Assembly: GCA_965216755.1 (NCBI GenBank) | Contig: CBDCGL010000011.1 | Location: 3,392,001-3,456,000 of the forward strand | Length of the DNA stretch: 64,000 bases | Reading direction: 5' to 3' | Source: Alphaproteobacteria bacterium | GTDB taxonomy: Bacteria; Pseudomonadota; Alphaproteobacteria; UBA7887 | Part shown: positions 12,372-23,043 of the stretch, one piece after another | How the letters are laid out: every line of letters starts with the position of its first letter | Numbering within the stretch: the stretch's first letter is position 1 | The notes under the pieces: model-generated | Told to the model about the DNA's origin: nothing | What the model saw: only the letters and a program-made list of their open reading frames with translations | Databases searched by the model: none | Translations under genes and position numbers: made by a program

Positions 12372-12586
12372 GGATACGCGGATACTCTCCTTTTGATTCA
12401 GAGGCTTTCAGAGGTATGGCGCCCGGACGCATTCGTCAAGTGTTGGCCGATGGGGCCAGCTATCGCACGATGGCTCGATGGGCGCGCGTCAACGCCCCTT
12501 TTTGCAAGGTTACGCGCTTGTTATCGATCGGCGAATCGAACGCCAAACGATTCCGTTTAACGCCCGCTTGATCTAAAGTGCGGGCC

Positions 12587-13738
12587 ATGCCTGAGCTTGA
12601 TCCCAACCACATCATCATTGGCCTGGCCGGCGCGGCCGCCGTGCTGATCATGCTGACAATTGTCGTCGCCTGGAATAGTCGTGCCCACGGGCAGCGCTTG
12701 GCCGCCCAACTCCACGACACCAGCGCCCGGTTGGCCGCCGCCCAGGCGGAAATCCATGGACGTTTGGGGCAAATGGCCGAACAACAGGCGGCGCAAAGCC
12801 ATGCCCTGGGCCGCACATTGGAAGACCGGCTGGGGTTTGTGTCGCGCCGCGTCGGCGATTCGCTGCGCGAGCAATCGGATCGCAGTCAGGCCACGTTGGA
12901 CACCTTGCGCGAACGGTTGGCGGTGATCGATTCGGCGCAAAAGAACATCACCACCCTGTCGTCCCAGGTGGTCGGCTTACAGGACATTTTGTCGAATAAG
13001 CAGGCGCGCGGGGCTTTCGGCGAAGTGCAATTGGAAGACATCGTGCGCAGCGCCCTGCCGCCATCGGCTTACCGCTTTCAGGCCACCGTGGGCGACGGCC
13101 GGCGCGCCGATTGTCTGCTGACTTTGCCCGATCCGCCGGGGTTGATTGCGCTCGACGCCAAATTTCCGCTCGAGAGTTATCGGGCTTTACGAGCGGCGGA
13201 CACGCCGGCACAACGAACGGCGGCGCGGCGCGGTTTCGCCGCCGACGTGCTGAAACATGTCAACGATATTGCCCAGCGCTACATTGTTGCCGGCGAGACC
13301 GCCGATTCGGCGTTGATGTTCTTGCCCTCTGAAGCGGTGTATGCGGAACTCCACGCCAATTTCGGCGATGTGGTCGAGCGCAGCTACCGGGCCAAGGTTT
13401 GGATCGTGTCGCCGACCACGTTGATGGCGACGCTGAACACGGTCCGGGCGGTGATGCGCGATGTGCATATTCATCAGCAAGCGGGCGCCATACATCGCGA
13501 AATACAAAAGATGATCGATGACGTCGGCCGGCTGGATGATCGCGTCGCCAAGCTGCAAAGCCATTTCGCGCAGGCCGCCGACGACATCGACAAGGTGCGC
13601 ATTTCCACCGACAAGGTGGGCCGGCGCGCGGCGCGCATTATCGACGTCGAGTTGGCCGATGCCTTGGCCGAACCGGCTGCGGACACCCAGCTCTCGCCAC
13701 CCACACCGATGCTGACCAAGGCTGCCGAAGGCGCGTGA
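12587..13738 (+). CDS. rmuC: DNA recombination protein RmuC
   Basis: N-terminal TM plus coiled coil; KQARGAFGEVQLE, LDAKFPLE, MFLPSEAVY, VSPTTL. Confidence 0.93.
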   Translation: MPELDPNHIIIGLAGAAAVLIMLTIVVAWNSRAHGQRLAAQLHDTSARLAAAQAEIHGRLGQMAEQQAAQSHALGRTLEDRLGFVSRRVGDSLREQSDRSQATLDTLRERLAVIDSAQKNITTLSSQVVGLQDILSNKQARGAFGEVQLEDIVRSALPPSAYRFQATVGDGRRADCLLTLPDPPGLIALDAKFPLESYRALRAADTPAQRTAARRGFAADVLKHVNDIAQRYIVAGETADSALMFLPSEAVYAELHANFGDVVERSYRAKVWIVSPTTLMATLNTVRAVMRDVHIHQQAGAIHREIQKMIDDVGRLDDRVAKLQSHFAQAADDIDKVRISTDKVGRRAARIIDVELADALAEPAADTQLSPPTPMLTKAAEGA

Positions 13739-13837
13739 TCGTGCCGGCATGGCGTGGTCTTTGACCACAACGCCGCGCTACCCTTGAGCCACGAAACGAA
13801 TCGGCCCCGGCGGCTTCGCATGAACAGGCGACGCATA

Positions 13838-13866
13838 TTGATTGACACTGTGTTCGGCTTTATAGT
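13838..13866 (+). promoter_or_regulatory. Putative sigma70 promoter for the FkbM-family gene
   Basis: TTGATT-N17-TATAGT in an AT-richer intergenic stretch. Confidence 0.45.
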
Positions 13867-14095
13867 GTGCGAGTTTCTTGTTAACTATTCGATTTCTGTG
13901 AAGACTGGTGCGGTGACCGTCATTTTCGATGTCGTGGACAACACGTTGTTTGTTTGGTTGGTCGCAGAGTAGCAGTCTGTTTTCCGTCATATCCTTTTGA
14001 GGATATTGGAGTTTGGCCGATTTTCGATTTGATGCTCCATGCCAGGTTGGGTCGGTCCAGACGGCACCATCGTGCGCCCCAACAAAGGCAATGAG

Positions 14096-14872
14096 ATGAT
14101 TGGAAAGACACTCGACGCATTTGCCAGCGCGCCTAACTTCCGGGGCAAGGCGCGAGTCTTTAGGTTGCTAAGCGGCTGCCTCCGATATCGTAGCGTCCAA
14201 TCTCACTATGGGCCGCGGCTTGCCAGAATGGCTGGAGATTCGGCACATGCATATTGTGCCACCGGCGCTTATGGCGAATTTGTCGCAAAGGCGGTGCGCG
14301 ACTTGGATCACGAATCCCAGTTCATCGATATCGGATCAAATCAGGGATTGTTCGCCCTCGTCGCGGCTGGTCAGCCACTTTACAAGCGCATCATCGCATT
14401 CGAGCCGAATCCTGAGCTATTCGCGATTCTTATACAAAATATCCAATTGAACGGCGCGACCAATGTGGTTCCGATGTGCGCCGGGTTAGGGCCTGAGCGT
14501 GGCATTTCCTTACTAAAAGTTGTTCCCGGGAATTCCGGGCTATCAACCCTGACAGACGCCCCAAATACGGACGCGGGGTCGACGAGCAAGGCGGTGCTCA
14601 TTCTCAGGCCGTGCGAGATTGGGCCCCTGATCGACCCCGATTTGCCGATCACGTGTAAAATAGACGTTGAGGGGTTTGAGTCCGAGGTCATCAGCGGGCT
14701 AAGGGACGCGGATTGGTTCAACCGCGTCACGAGAATAATTACCGAAGTGTCGCTCGCCGTCGGCAGCGAGGACAACCGCGATTCCATATTTGCGCAGCTT
14801 GAGGACGCGGGGTTCACGTTGCAGGACAGGTCAGGCTTCACACGGCACTATGACGCGCTTTTCGTCAGATAG
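14096..14872 (+). CDS. FkbM-family SAM methyltransferase
   Basis: FIDIGSNQG, AFEPNP, KIDVEGFE.EVI.G motifs; codon usage visibly differs from the flanking genes. Confidence 0.88.
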   Translation: MIGKTLDAFASAPNFRGKARVFRLLSGCLRYRSVQSHYGPRLARMAGDSAHAYCATGAYGEFVAKAVRDLDHESQFIDIGSNQGLFALVAAGQPLYKRIIAFEPNPELFAILIQNIQLNGATNVVPMCAGLGPERGISLLKVVPGNSGLSTLTDAPNTDAGSTSKAVLILRPCEIGPLIDPDLPITCKIDVEGFESEVISGLRDADWFNRVTRIITEVSLAVGSEDNRDSIFAQLEDAGFTLQDRSGFTRHYDALFVR

Positions 14873-14936
14873 GCGAACGACAAAACCCGCTAGCCGCCTC
14901 ACTTTGAAAGGCCGCGTGTTTTAGTCCACCACGGCT

Positions 14937-15533
14937 TTAGAACGGCCGGCGCGCCTTGAGCGCGGCAGACAAAGTGCCGTCATCCATATAGTCGAGCTCG
15001 CCGCCGATCGGCACGCCGTGGGCGAGCCGCGATATCGCGACGTCGCAGTCGGCCAAGCGGTCGGTCAGGTAATGGGCGGTGGTTTGGCCGTCGACCGTGG
15101 CGCCGGTCGCCAAAATCACTTCGCGCACGTCCGGGGTCCCGGCGCGGGCGACCAGGGGGGCAATATTCAAATCGTCGGGCGAAACGCCGTCCAGCGCAGA
15201 AAGCACGCCGCCAAGCACGTGGTACCGACCGCGAAAAGCGCCCGACCGTTCCAGCGCCCATAGGTCGGACACATCTTCGACGACACACAGCGCAGTCTGA
15301 TCGCGCTCGGGATCGCGACAAATGGCGCAGGGATCAATCGTGTCCAGATTGCCGCATTGGCCGCAGCTATGCACCGTGTCGGCGGCCGCACTCATGGCGG
15401 CCGCCAGGGGTTGCAGCAAAGTTTCGCGCCGTTTCAACAAATGCAGCGCGGCGCGCCGCCCAGATCTTGGTCCCAGCCCGGGCAAACGCGCCAGCAGCTG
15501 AATCAACCGTTCGATTTCGGGGCCGCCGGACAT
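14937..15533 (-). CDS. recR: Recombination mediator RecR
   Basis: [12 protein letters not shown]4 zinc finger, [16 protein letters not shown]. Confidence 0.97.
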   Translation of the reverse strand: MSGGPEIERLIQLLARLPGLGPRSGRRAALHLLKRRETLLQPLAAAMSAAADTVHSCGQCGNLDTIDPCAICRDPERDQTALCVVEDVSDLWALERSGAFRGRYHVLGGVLSALDGVSPDDLNIAPLVARAGTPDVREVILATGATVDGQTTAHYLTDRLADCDVAISRLAHGVPIGGELDYMDDGTLSAALKARRPF

Positions 15534-15558
15534 GCCAAAGCGCGCGCTTTGCGTGACG

Positions 15559-15882
15559 CTAAAACAACTTCATGCCCGGCGGCAGGGGCAGGCCACCGGT
15601 CAGTTTTTGCATTTCATCAGCCATGCCGGTCTCAGCCTTCGCCTTGGCATCGGCACAGGCGGCGACAATCAAATCTTCGAGTACTTCAACTTCGGTGGGA
15701 TCGGCCAAGGAGCGGTCGATCTTGATCCGCTTCAGCTCGCCCTTGCCGTTCATCGTCGCTGCGACCAGGCCGCCGCCGCTGACGCCTTCCACTTCGGCAT
15801 TGGCAAGGCGTTCCTGGACTTCATTCATTTTCGATTGCATTTCTTGGGCTTGCTTCATCAGCTGGCCAAGATTCTTGATCAC
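15559..15882 (-). CDS. ybaB: YbaB/EbfC nucleoid-associated protein
   Basis: MKQAQEMQ...G.SGGGLV...LEDLIVAA; lies between dnaX and recR. Confidence 0.94.
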   Translation of the reverse strand: MIKNLGQLMKQAQEMQSKMNEVQERLANAEVEGVSGGGLVAATMNGKGELKRIKIDRSLADPTEVEVLEDLIVAACADAKAKAETGMADEMQKLTGGLPLPPGMKLF

Positions 15883-17621
15883 TTCGCGTCTCCTTTGCTG
15901 CTGCGGCTCCGCACCTCGGCGATCTCGGCGCCCGGAAAGGCATCTAACAATTGCCGCACCAAGGGTGTGTCGGCGGCCGCTTGCTTGGCCGCGTCGCGGG
16001 CGGCGGCGTCTTGTTCGGCGAGCGGCTGGTCGCTCGGGCCGTCGGAAATCGCCACCACCCAGCGCTGATCGGTCCAGCGGCTCAGGCAGGCGCCAATCTT
16101 GTTGGCCAAATCAGCCGGGGCCGAGGGCGCTACCGCAACCTCCAAGCGGCCCGGTTCGAAGGCGACCAAACGGACGTCGTTGACCAGATGCGCGACCAAC
16201 ATCATTTCCCGATGCTCAGAAAACAACGCAACGGCTTCGCGGAACGTCGCCGGCATCCGGCCGGCGGCCGCCGCCTGTATTGTGGCCGGCCTTGGTTCCG
16301 GGCCATCGGCCGTCAATGTGTCGCGCCCGCCGGCCATGGCGCGCGCGGCCGGTGGCGGTTGGTCCGATGACGCCTGCGATTGGGGTGCGGGGCCGGCAGC
16401 TTCGTCGGTGAGTTTGCGGACAAGATCGGCCGGCGTCGGCAGGTCGGCCGCATAGGTCAAACGCACGAGCACCATCTCGGCGGCTTCAAGTGGTGTGGGG
16501 GCGGCGTTCACCTCGGCCAGTCCCTTCAGCAGGATCTGCCAGCAGCGAGTCAATTCCGGAACGCTCAGTTGTGCGGCCAAAGCCTGACCGCGCTGGCTTT
16601 CCAATTCCGGCAAGCCCGGCGCCGCCGTCTCGCGCGGCACGATGTTGAGTCGAGTCAGCCAGTGGGTGATGGCCATCAAGTCTTGAAGGATCACCGACGG
16701 ATCGGCGCCGGCGCGATATTGATCGTTCAAATGATCGAGGGCATCACCGATTCGCCCGGCCATCACCGCCTCAAACAGCTCGAACACGCGGGCGCGGTCG
16801 GCGAGACCGAGCATGCCGCGGATGCTGTCATCGTCGATGGCCGCCGTGCCGCTTTGACTGATCGCCTGATCCAACAACGACAAGCCGTCGCGGACCGAGC
16901 CGTCGGCGGCGCGGGCGATCAACGCCAGCGCCTGTGATGAGATCGTCGCGGCTTCCTTTTTTGCGATCGCCTCGAAATGTGCGACGAGGACACCGCTTTC
17001 AACCCGGCGCAGATCGAAGCGTTGGCAGCGCGACAGCACGGTCATCGGAATCTTACGCGGTTCGGTGGTGGCGAACACAAAGATTACGTGTGGCGGCGGT
17101 TCCTCCAGCGTTTTCAACAACGCATTGAAGGCGTTGACACTCAACATGTGGACTTCGTCGATAATGTAGACCTTGAACCGCGCGACCGACGGCAAATAAC
17201 GAACGCCCTCAATCAATTCGCGGATGTCGTCGACACCGGTGCGGCTGGCGGCGTCCATTTCCAGAACATCGACATGGCGGTCCTCGGCGATCGCCGTGCA
17301 GTGGCTGCAGCTACCGCACGGGTCGGGCGTCGGTGCGCTCAGTTCTCCGTTGGCGCCGACACAGTTCAGGGCCCGGGCGATAATCCGCGCGGTCGTCGTC
17401 TTGCCGACGCCGCGCACGCCGGTCAACAGGTAGGCGTGCGCCAAGCGGCCGCTGTCGAACGCGTTGCGCAGGGTGCGGATCAACACATCCTGGCCGATCA
17501 GATCGCCCAGGCGCGTCGGCCGATATTTGCGTGCCAGAACGCGATAGGTTTCCGCGCGTGGCGTCGCCTCTATGTTGCCAACCGGTTGTGCGGCGGAGGG
17601 TAAATCCGAATCTGCGGTCAT
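15879..17621 (-). CDS. dnaX: DNA polymerase III subunit gamma/tau
   Basis: YRVLARKYRP, GVRGVGKTT, IDEVHML, LSRCQRF. Confidence 0.97.
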   Translation of the reverse strand: MTADSDLPSAAQPVGNIEATPRAETYRVLARKYRPTRLGDLIGQDVLIRTLRNAFDSGRLAHAYLLTGVRGVGKTTTARIIARALNCVGANGELSAPTPDPCGSCSHCTAIAEDRHVDVLEMDAASRTGVDDIRELIEGVRYLPSVARFKVYIIDEVHMLSVNAFNALLKTLEEPPPHVIFVFATTEPRKIPMTVLSRCQRFDLRRVESGVLVAHFEAIAKKEAATISSQALALIARAADGSVRDGLSLLDQAISQSGTAAIDDDSIRGMLGLADRARVFELFEAVMAGRIGDALDHLNDQYRAGADPSVILQDLMAITHWLTRLNIVPRETAAPGLPELESQRGQALAAQLSVPELTRCWQILLKGLAEVNAAPTPLEAAEMVLVRLTYAADLPTPADLVRKLTDEAAGPAPQSQASSDQPPPAARAMAGGRDTLTADGPEPRPATIQAAAAGRMPATFREAVALFSEHREMMLVAHLVNDVRLVAFEPGRLEVAVAPSAPADLANKIGACLSRWTDQRWVVAISDGPSDQPLAEQDAAARDAAKQAAADTPLVRQLLDAFPGAEIAEVRSRSSKGDAK

Positions 17622-17711
17622 AAGTGGTTGATCGCCGCTATCCAAATCCCAAATGGCGCGCGGCCGCCGCACGCGCGCGGTCGGCCGGTACAATCTCGCT
17701 TGCTGAAAGCC

Positions 17712-17810
17712 GGTGGGAGACTGGACAACGACCCGGGCCAAAACTCGTTACGGCTGCTTCCTTCCGGACCTGACCGGATTGGCGAGCGGTCCGTCCACCG
17801 CCAGCCTCCC
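17712..17810 (-). ncRNA. ffs: SRP RNA (4.5S)
   Basis: Minus strand GGGAGGCTGG...TCAGGTCCGGAAGGAAGCAGC...CCAGTCTCCC; canonical position upstream of dnaX; extended -10 TGGTATACT at 17817-17825. Confidence 0.95.
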
Positions 17811-17939
17811 GAACCGAGTATACCAAGTTCCGGGGGCGAATGTTCAACGGTCCGTGTGCCCGGGCCGATTCGGCCGATGATTGCCAGGTAACCGCGCCTA
17901 TGTCAGGGTTAGGCGTCGTGTAAGCCGAATCAAGAAACC

Positions 17940-18878
17940 ATGCCAAGTTCAAACTTTTACGCCGGCATGCCGCTCGATCGCGCCGACCAAATGCGCCGCG
18001 ACGAAAACGCTCTGGCGGTGCTTAGGCGCCATCCGCGCGTGCGCGTGCTGCCCGTGTGGCGATACCGCCATCCGCTGACCCACGTCTCCGACGCGATGCG
18101 TACGCCGCGGCCACTTTGGCAGCACGGCCCGGGCGCGCATGGCTTGTTGTCGGAATCATGGACGTGGGTGTTGCTGGGGATCGAAGGCGATGTGCCGCAT
18201 TTCGCCGTCGACGTCTCGGCTATGGACGAATCGGAGGCTCAGCGCGCTTTCGCGGCCGAGGGCGCCTACCAGGATTTGCGCGCCATCGGCCCGCTGCTTG
18301 ATCGGGCGCAAGGTTCGGTGATGGCCTATGCGCGTGGGCTGCTCTATTGGCATGCGCGCCACGGATTTTGCGGTGTTTGCGGCCATCCCACGCGCAGTGT
18401 CGCTGGCGGACATGTGCGCCGTTGCACCAACGTCGATTGCGCAACCGATCATTTTCCCCGCACGGATCCCGCGATCATCGTTCTGGTGGCCTATCAGGAC
18501 CATTGTCTGCTGGGCCGACAGAGCCGCTTTCCGCCCGGCATGCATTCGACTTTGGCGGGGTTTGTCGAACCGGGCGAAAGCTTGGAAGAAACCGTTTGCC
18601 GCGAAGTGTTCGAGGAAGCTGGCGTGCGGGTTGTCGGGCGGCCTGTTTATCAGTCGTCCCAGCCCTGGCCGTTCCCGGCGTCACTGATGTTGGGATTCAT
18701 CGCCGAAGCCGAAGACATGTCGCTGAACGTCGATACCAACGAGCTGGAAAGTGCCGGATGGTTCGCGCGCGCACAGCTGCTGTGCTCACCAGAAGACGAA
18801 AGCTTTCGTTTGCCGCGCAAGGACTCGATCGCCCGCCGTTTGGTCGATGACTGGTTGTTTGGGCGCATGCGCAGCTAG
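17940..18878 (+). CDS. nudC: NAD(+) diphosphatase NudC
   Basis: FCGVCG zinc ribbon, FPRTDPA, Nudix box GFVEPGESLEE...REVFEEAG, SQPWPFP. Confidence 0.95.
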   Translation: MPSSNFYAGMPLDRADQMRRDENALAVLRRHPRVRVLPVWRYRHPLTHVSDAMRTPRPLWQHGPGAHGLLSESWTWVLLGIEGDVPHFAVDVSAMDESEAQRAFAAEGAYQDLRAIGPLLDRAQGSVMAYARGLLYWHARHGFCGVCGHPTRSVAGGHVRRCTNVDCATDHFPRTDPAIIVLVAYQDHCLLGRQSRFPPGMHSTLAGFVEPGESLEETVCREVFEEAGVRVVGRPVYQSSQPWPFPASLMLGFIAEAEDMSLNVDTNELESAGWFARAQLLCSPEDESFRLPRKDSIARRLVDDWLFGRMRS

Positions 18879-18893
18879 CTTTCCAACCACGCG

Positions 18894-18998
18894 TTATTTC
18901 AGTGTTTCGGTGACAGTTTACTAAATACGCGATATAAGGTGGTCGAGAGATATAGAGCCACGAAATGTAGTGTATTTAGTAAACTGTCACCGAAGTAA
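18894..18998. repeat. Dispersed REPIN-like hairpin element (copy 1)
   Basis: Perfect 23-bp inverted repeat TTCGGTGACAGTTTACTAAATAC (18906-18928 / 18972-18994); same core as the two elements flanking the RAYT gene. Confidence 0.9.
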
Positions 18999-19871
18999 AG
19001 TGCACCCGCTTTGCGCCCGCGCGTTTTCCAGCCTGAACGGTGAGGCCGGGTAGACGCCCAGCGTGCGCACTTCGCGGGAAAAGAAGCCGAGCTCTTGCAA
19101 CGCCAAGCCGACAGCCGGTGTGCTGGGATGGCCTTCGATGTCGGCGTAAAACTGAGTCGAGGTGAACGAGCCGCCGACCATGTAGCTCTCCAGCTTGACC
19201 ATATTGACGCCGTTGGTCGCGAAACCGCCCATCGCCTTGTACAGCGCGGCCGGAATGTTGCGCACCTTGAAGACGAAGGTGGTCAAGATCAGCCCGCTGT
19301 CGGGATCGGGATCGATCGGTTCACGCGCCAACAGCACAAACCGCGTGGTGTTGTGCGCGGCGTCCTCGATGTCAGACTTGAGGATCTCCAGGCCATAGAT
19401 TTCCGCCGCCAGACTTGAGGCGATAGCCGCCGCGCCGGAATTGTCGCCAGCCGCCAGCGCGGCCGCGGCGCCGGCCGTGTCCGGCGCGATATGTGGTTCG
19501 ACGCCCAGGTCGCGCAGTGTGCCGCGGCATTGCGCGAGGGCGTGGATGTGGCTGAACACGTGCTTGATGTCGGACAGTTTGGTGCCGGGTCGGGCAAGCA
19601 GTTGGTGATTGACCCGTTCAAAATGCTCACCGACGATATGAAGGCCGGAATCGGGCAGGAGATGATGAATATCGGCGACACGGCCGGCGACCGAGTTCTC
19701 GATCGGAATCATGGCCAAAGCCGCTTTGCCGTCCTCGATGGCGGCAAATGTGTCCTCGAACGTATCGCAGGGCAGCGGCGTCAGTTCCGGATGGGCAGCG
19801 CGGCAGGCCATGTTGGAATAGGCGCCAGGCTTGCCCTGAAACGCGATCAATCGGTCTGCGTTATCTGCCAT
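18987..19871 (-). CDS. pheA: Prephenate dehydratase
   Basis: IAFQG.PGAYS, PIENS, SHIHALAQC, NTTRF, ACT domain (KLESY). Confidence 0.95.
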   Translation of the reverse strand: MADNADRLIAFQGKPGAYSNMACRAAHPELTPLPCDTFEDTFAAIEDGKAALAMIPIENSVAGRVADIHHLLPDSGLHIVGEHFERVNHQLLARPGTKLSDIKHVFSHIHALAQCRGTLRDLGVEPHIAPDTAGAAAALAAGDNSGAAAIASSLAAEIYGLEILKSDIEDAAHNTTRFVLLAREPIDPDPDSGLILTTFVFKVRNIPAALYKAMGGFATNGVNMVKLESYMVGGSFTSTQFYADIEGHPSTPAVGLALQELGFFSREVRTLGVYPASPFRLENARAQSGCTLLR

Positions 19872-19996
19872 ATTCTCTTGCCTCATCTATCGCGCCTTTG
19901 TCGGCGGCTCCGGCGCCTGGCCCAAGCCGGTCGCGACACTACAGTGCTGCGCGGACGCTCTCAATGGCGGCCCTTCGAAACCTACAACGCCAGAAA

Positions 19997-20767
19997 TCAA
20001 AGCAATGCCGTCACGGTTGCTTCCAAGCGGGCGATATCGTCGGGTTCGCTCAGGCGGTGATCGCCGTGTTTGACCAGCGTCACGGTCACGTCGCGGCCGG
20101 CCAGTGCATTGCTGAGGCGCAGTGCCGTTTGCCACGGCACGGCGGTATCCTTCATGCCATGCAAAATACGCACGGGGCAATGGATTGGAATTTCCGTGTC
20201 CATCATGGCGTGTTGATTGCCGTCGTCGATCAACGCGTGGGTGATGACATAGGGACCATCGTCATATTCCGACGGCAGTTCTATTTGGCCGTCGCGCGCC
20301 AGCGCTTGGCGTTGGGCGGTGGACAATTCCTCGGCCATCATGCGCCGGGTAAAGTCCGGTGCCGGCGCGATGCCGACCAAGCCGTGCAGGCGCTGCGGTC
20401 GGGCGCGGGCCACCAGAAGCATGATCCAGCCGCCCATGCTGGATCCGACCAGCACTTGCGGGCCCTCCGTCAGCGCGTCGACAATGGCGATGGCGTCGTC
20501 GGCCCAGCGGCCGATGGTGCCGTCGGCGAAGCGACCCGATGACTGGCCATGGCCCTGATAGTCAAAACGAACGAAGGCTTGACCGCGATTCCGGCACATG
20601 GCTTCCAACGCGGTCGCCTTGGTCCCGGTCATGTCGGACATGAAGCCGCCCAGGAACACCACCCCGGGGGCGCGGCCAGGCGTTCTCACATAGGCGATGT
20701 TCTCGCCGTCGAGACGGTCGAGCCGGCCGACTGTCGGCGTTTCTGAATCGGTCACAATATCATCCAC
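19997..20767 (-). CDS. Alpha/beta hydrolase
   Basis: GGFMSDMTGTKA, GSSMGG nucleophile elbow, GDHRLS. Confidence 0.92.
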   Translation of the reverse strand: MDDIVTDSETPTVGRLDRLDGENIAYVRTPGRAPGVVFLGGFMSDMTGTKATALEAMCRNRGQAFVRFDYQGHGQSSGRFADGTIGRWADDAIAIVDALTEGPQVLVGSSMGGWIMLLVARARPQRLHGLVGIAPAPDFTRRMMAEELSTAQRQALARDGQIELPSEYDDGPYVITHALIDDGNQHAMMDTEIPIHCPVRILHGMKDTAVPWQTALRLSNALAGRDVTVTLVKHGDHRLSEPDDIARLEATVTALL

Positions 20768-20837
20768 TTCGATTTGTCATCACTGCGCTTTCGCGTGGAC
20801 GCGGCCATGGGCTATCGTGCGGCGTCAAACTGGGGGC

Positions 20838-22013
20838 ATGTTCAAACACATGGCTGGGGATCGCGCATTGGACGGCGCCCGTCAACCCGTAGTGTTGCAG
20901 GTCTTGCCGCATCTGGACGCGGGCGGTGTCGTTCGCGGCGCCATCGATGTCGCCGCGGCGCAAGCCGCGGCAGGGTGGACACCGCTGGTGGCCTCGCGCG
21001 GCGGTCGTGGCGCGCAAGAATTGGCACGGGTGGGGGCGACTCATATGGCGCTGCCGCTGGACACAAAGAACCCGTTGCGCATGCGTGCCAATGCGGCGCG
21101 CTTGGCGCATTTGATCCGGGTTCAGGGCGTTGATTTGATTCATGCACGCAGCCGGGCACCAGCGTGGAGCGCGTGGGCCGCCGCCCGCCGCACGAATGTA
21201 CCGCTGGTGACCACGTTCCACGGCACCTATGGACACGGCACGCCATTTAAGCGGTGGTACAACAAGGTCATGACCCGCGGCCACGTCGTCATCGCGATTT
21301 CGCGGCATATTGCCGCGCATATCGAACAGGTTTATGGCGTCGCCGGCGACCGCGTGCGAGTGATCCCGCGTGGCATTGACCCGGACATGTTTGACGCCAA
21401 GCGGATTCACCACGAACGCTTGGAACGTTTGGCGAAAGCCTGGCGTCTGGTCGACGGCGTGCCGGTGATTGTGTTGCCCGGGCGCCTGACTCGCTGGAAA
21501 GGGCACGCCGTGTTGATCGAAGCGCTCGCCAAGCTCGGCCGCACGGATATCTGTTGCGTGCTGGTCGGCGACGCCCAAGGCCGTGACGGCTATGTCGCCG
21601 CGCTCAATCGGTTGGTTGCAAAGCACCATCTCGAATCGGTCGTGCGTATTGCCGGGCCCTGCGATGATATGCCGGCGGCCTACATGCTGTCCGACATCGT
21701 GGTGTCGGCGTCGACCGATCCCGAGGCTTTCGGCCGGGTGCCGGTGGAGGCGCAGGCGATGGGGGTGCCGGTGATTGTCACCGACCATGGCGGCGCGCGC
21801 GAGACGGTCATTGCCGACGAAACAGGTTGGCTGGTCCCGCCCGGCGACCCGAACGCCTTGGCCAGCGCCTTGTCGACGGTCTTGTCGCTGTCTCCGGCGC
21901 GCCGCGACGCGGTCGCCTATCGGGCGGTCGATCATGTTCGCGCCAATTTCAACAAAACGACCATGTGCGCACAGACCATGGCAGTCTATCGTGAGTTGCT
22001 GGGCCGTGGCTGA
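20838..22013 (+). CDS. Glycosyltransferase family 4
   Basis: HARSRAPAWS, GRLTRWKG, PEAFGRVPVEAQAMG. Confidence 0.92.
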   Translation: MFKHMAGDRALDGARQPVVLQVLPHLDAGGVVRGAIDVAAAQAAAGWTPLVASRGGRGAQELARVGATHMALPLDTKNPLRMRANAARLAHLIRVQGVDLIHARSRAPAWSAWAAARRTNVPLVTTFHGTYGHGTPFKRWYNKVMTRGHVVIAISRHIAAHIEQVYGVAGDRVRVIPRGIDPDMFDAKRIHHERLERLAKAWRLVDGVPVIVLPGRLTRWKGHAVLIEALAKLGRTDICCVLVGDAQGRDGYVAALNRLVAKHHLESVVRIAGPCDDMPAAYMLSDIVVSASTDPEAFGRVPVEAQAMGVPVIVTDHGGARETVIADETGWLVPPGDPNALASALSTVLSLSPARRDAVAYRAVDHVRANFNKTTMCAQTMAVYRELLGRG

Positions 22014-22971
22014 GCAACAGGCAGAGGCGCGCGCTGGCACTGGTCGCATCCTGGTGATCAAACATGCCGCGCTGGGTGATTTCATCCAGGCCTGCGGGCC
22101 GTTCGCGGCCATCCGTCGCTACCATGCCGATCGGCATATCACGCTGATGACGACGCCCACTTTTGCCGATCTCGGCGCGGCCAGCGGTTATTTTGACGCT
22201 GTGTGGATCGACGATCGGCCCAGCTGGCGGCGGCCCTTGGCGTGGTGGCGCTTGCGCCGCAAACTATTGGCTGGCCGGTTCGCGCGTGTTTACGACCTGC
22301 AAACATCCGATCGCACGGCGGCCTATTTTCACGTGTTGCCGCGGGCGCGACGGCCCGAATGGTCGGGCCACGTGGCCGGTTGCTCGCATCGCCACGTCGA
22401 CCCGGCGCGTGATTCTATGCACACGATTGATCGCCAGGCCGCCCAGTTGCGCGCGGCCGGCATCAATGCTGTTCCGCCGCCCGACATGTCGTGGCTGCGC
22501 GGTGACGTCGACGCGTTTTTGAAAGGTGGCCCGTGCGCGCTGTTGGTGCCCGGCAGCACGCCCAATCGCCCCGAAAAGCGCTGGCCCGGCGATTCTTTTG
22601 CAGCGCTCGCGGAAAAATTGACGGCCACCGGGCTGGTGCCGTTTGTGATCGGCACCGCCAACGAGGCCGCACTGATGGATCGCATTGCGGCCGCGGTTCC
22701 GGGCGCGGTCAATCTGTGCGGCAGAACATCGCTCGGACAGATCGCCAGCTTGGCGCGCGCCGCGACGGTGGCGATCGGCAACGACACCGGACCCATGCAT
22801 ATCATTGCCCAAGCCGGCTGCCCGTCGTTGGTGTTGTTCAGCGCCCATTCTGATCCCGCATTGTGCGCGCCGCGTGGTGCAAATGTGACCGTGCTACGCG
22901 GCGCGCCGCTATCGGACGTCTCCGTCGCGGCGGTCTGGCGCCAGGTCGAACCGTGGGCCGTGGCGGCTTGA
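22006..22971 (+). CDS. Glycosyltransferase family 9 (heptosyltransferase-like)
   Basis: ILVIKHAALGDF, KRWP, GNDTGPMH. Confidence 0.9.
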   Translation: MAEQQAEARAGTGRILVIKHAALGDFIQACGPFAAIRRYHADRHITLMTTPTFADLGAASGYFDAVWIDDRPSWRRPLAWWRLRRKLLAGRFARVYDLQTSDRTAAYFHVLPRARRPEWSGHVAGCSHRHVDPARDSMHTIDRQAAQLRAAGINAVPPPDMSWLRGDVDAFLKGGPCALLVPGSTPNRPEKRWPGDSFAALAEKLTATGLVPFVIGTANEAALMDRIAAAVPGAVNLCGRTSLGQIASLARAATVAIGNDTGPMHIIAQAGCPSLVLFSAHSDPALCAPRGANVTVLRGAPLSDVSVAAVWRQVEPWAVAA

Positions 22972-22996
22972 CAGCATCGCCGTGAGTTCTCATGTT
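22968..22996 (+). promoter_or_regulatory. Putative sigma70 promoter of thrS
   Basis: TTGACA-N17-CATGTT overlapping the GT9 stop codon. Confidence 0.4.
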
Positions 22997-23043
22997 CCGC
23001 GGTCGGTTGCCAATGTCGCAACCAACTGCGATTTTCTCGGTAC

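Noticed and set aside
16956-16962. A-AAA-AAG slippery heptamer in dnaX, in the correct register for a -1 frameshift
   Set aside because: It lies near codon 220, too early to give a functional gamma subunit, and I see no clear stimulatory SD or hairpin.
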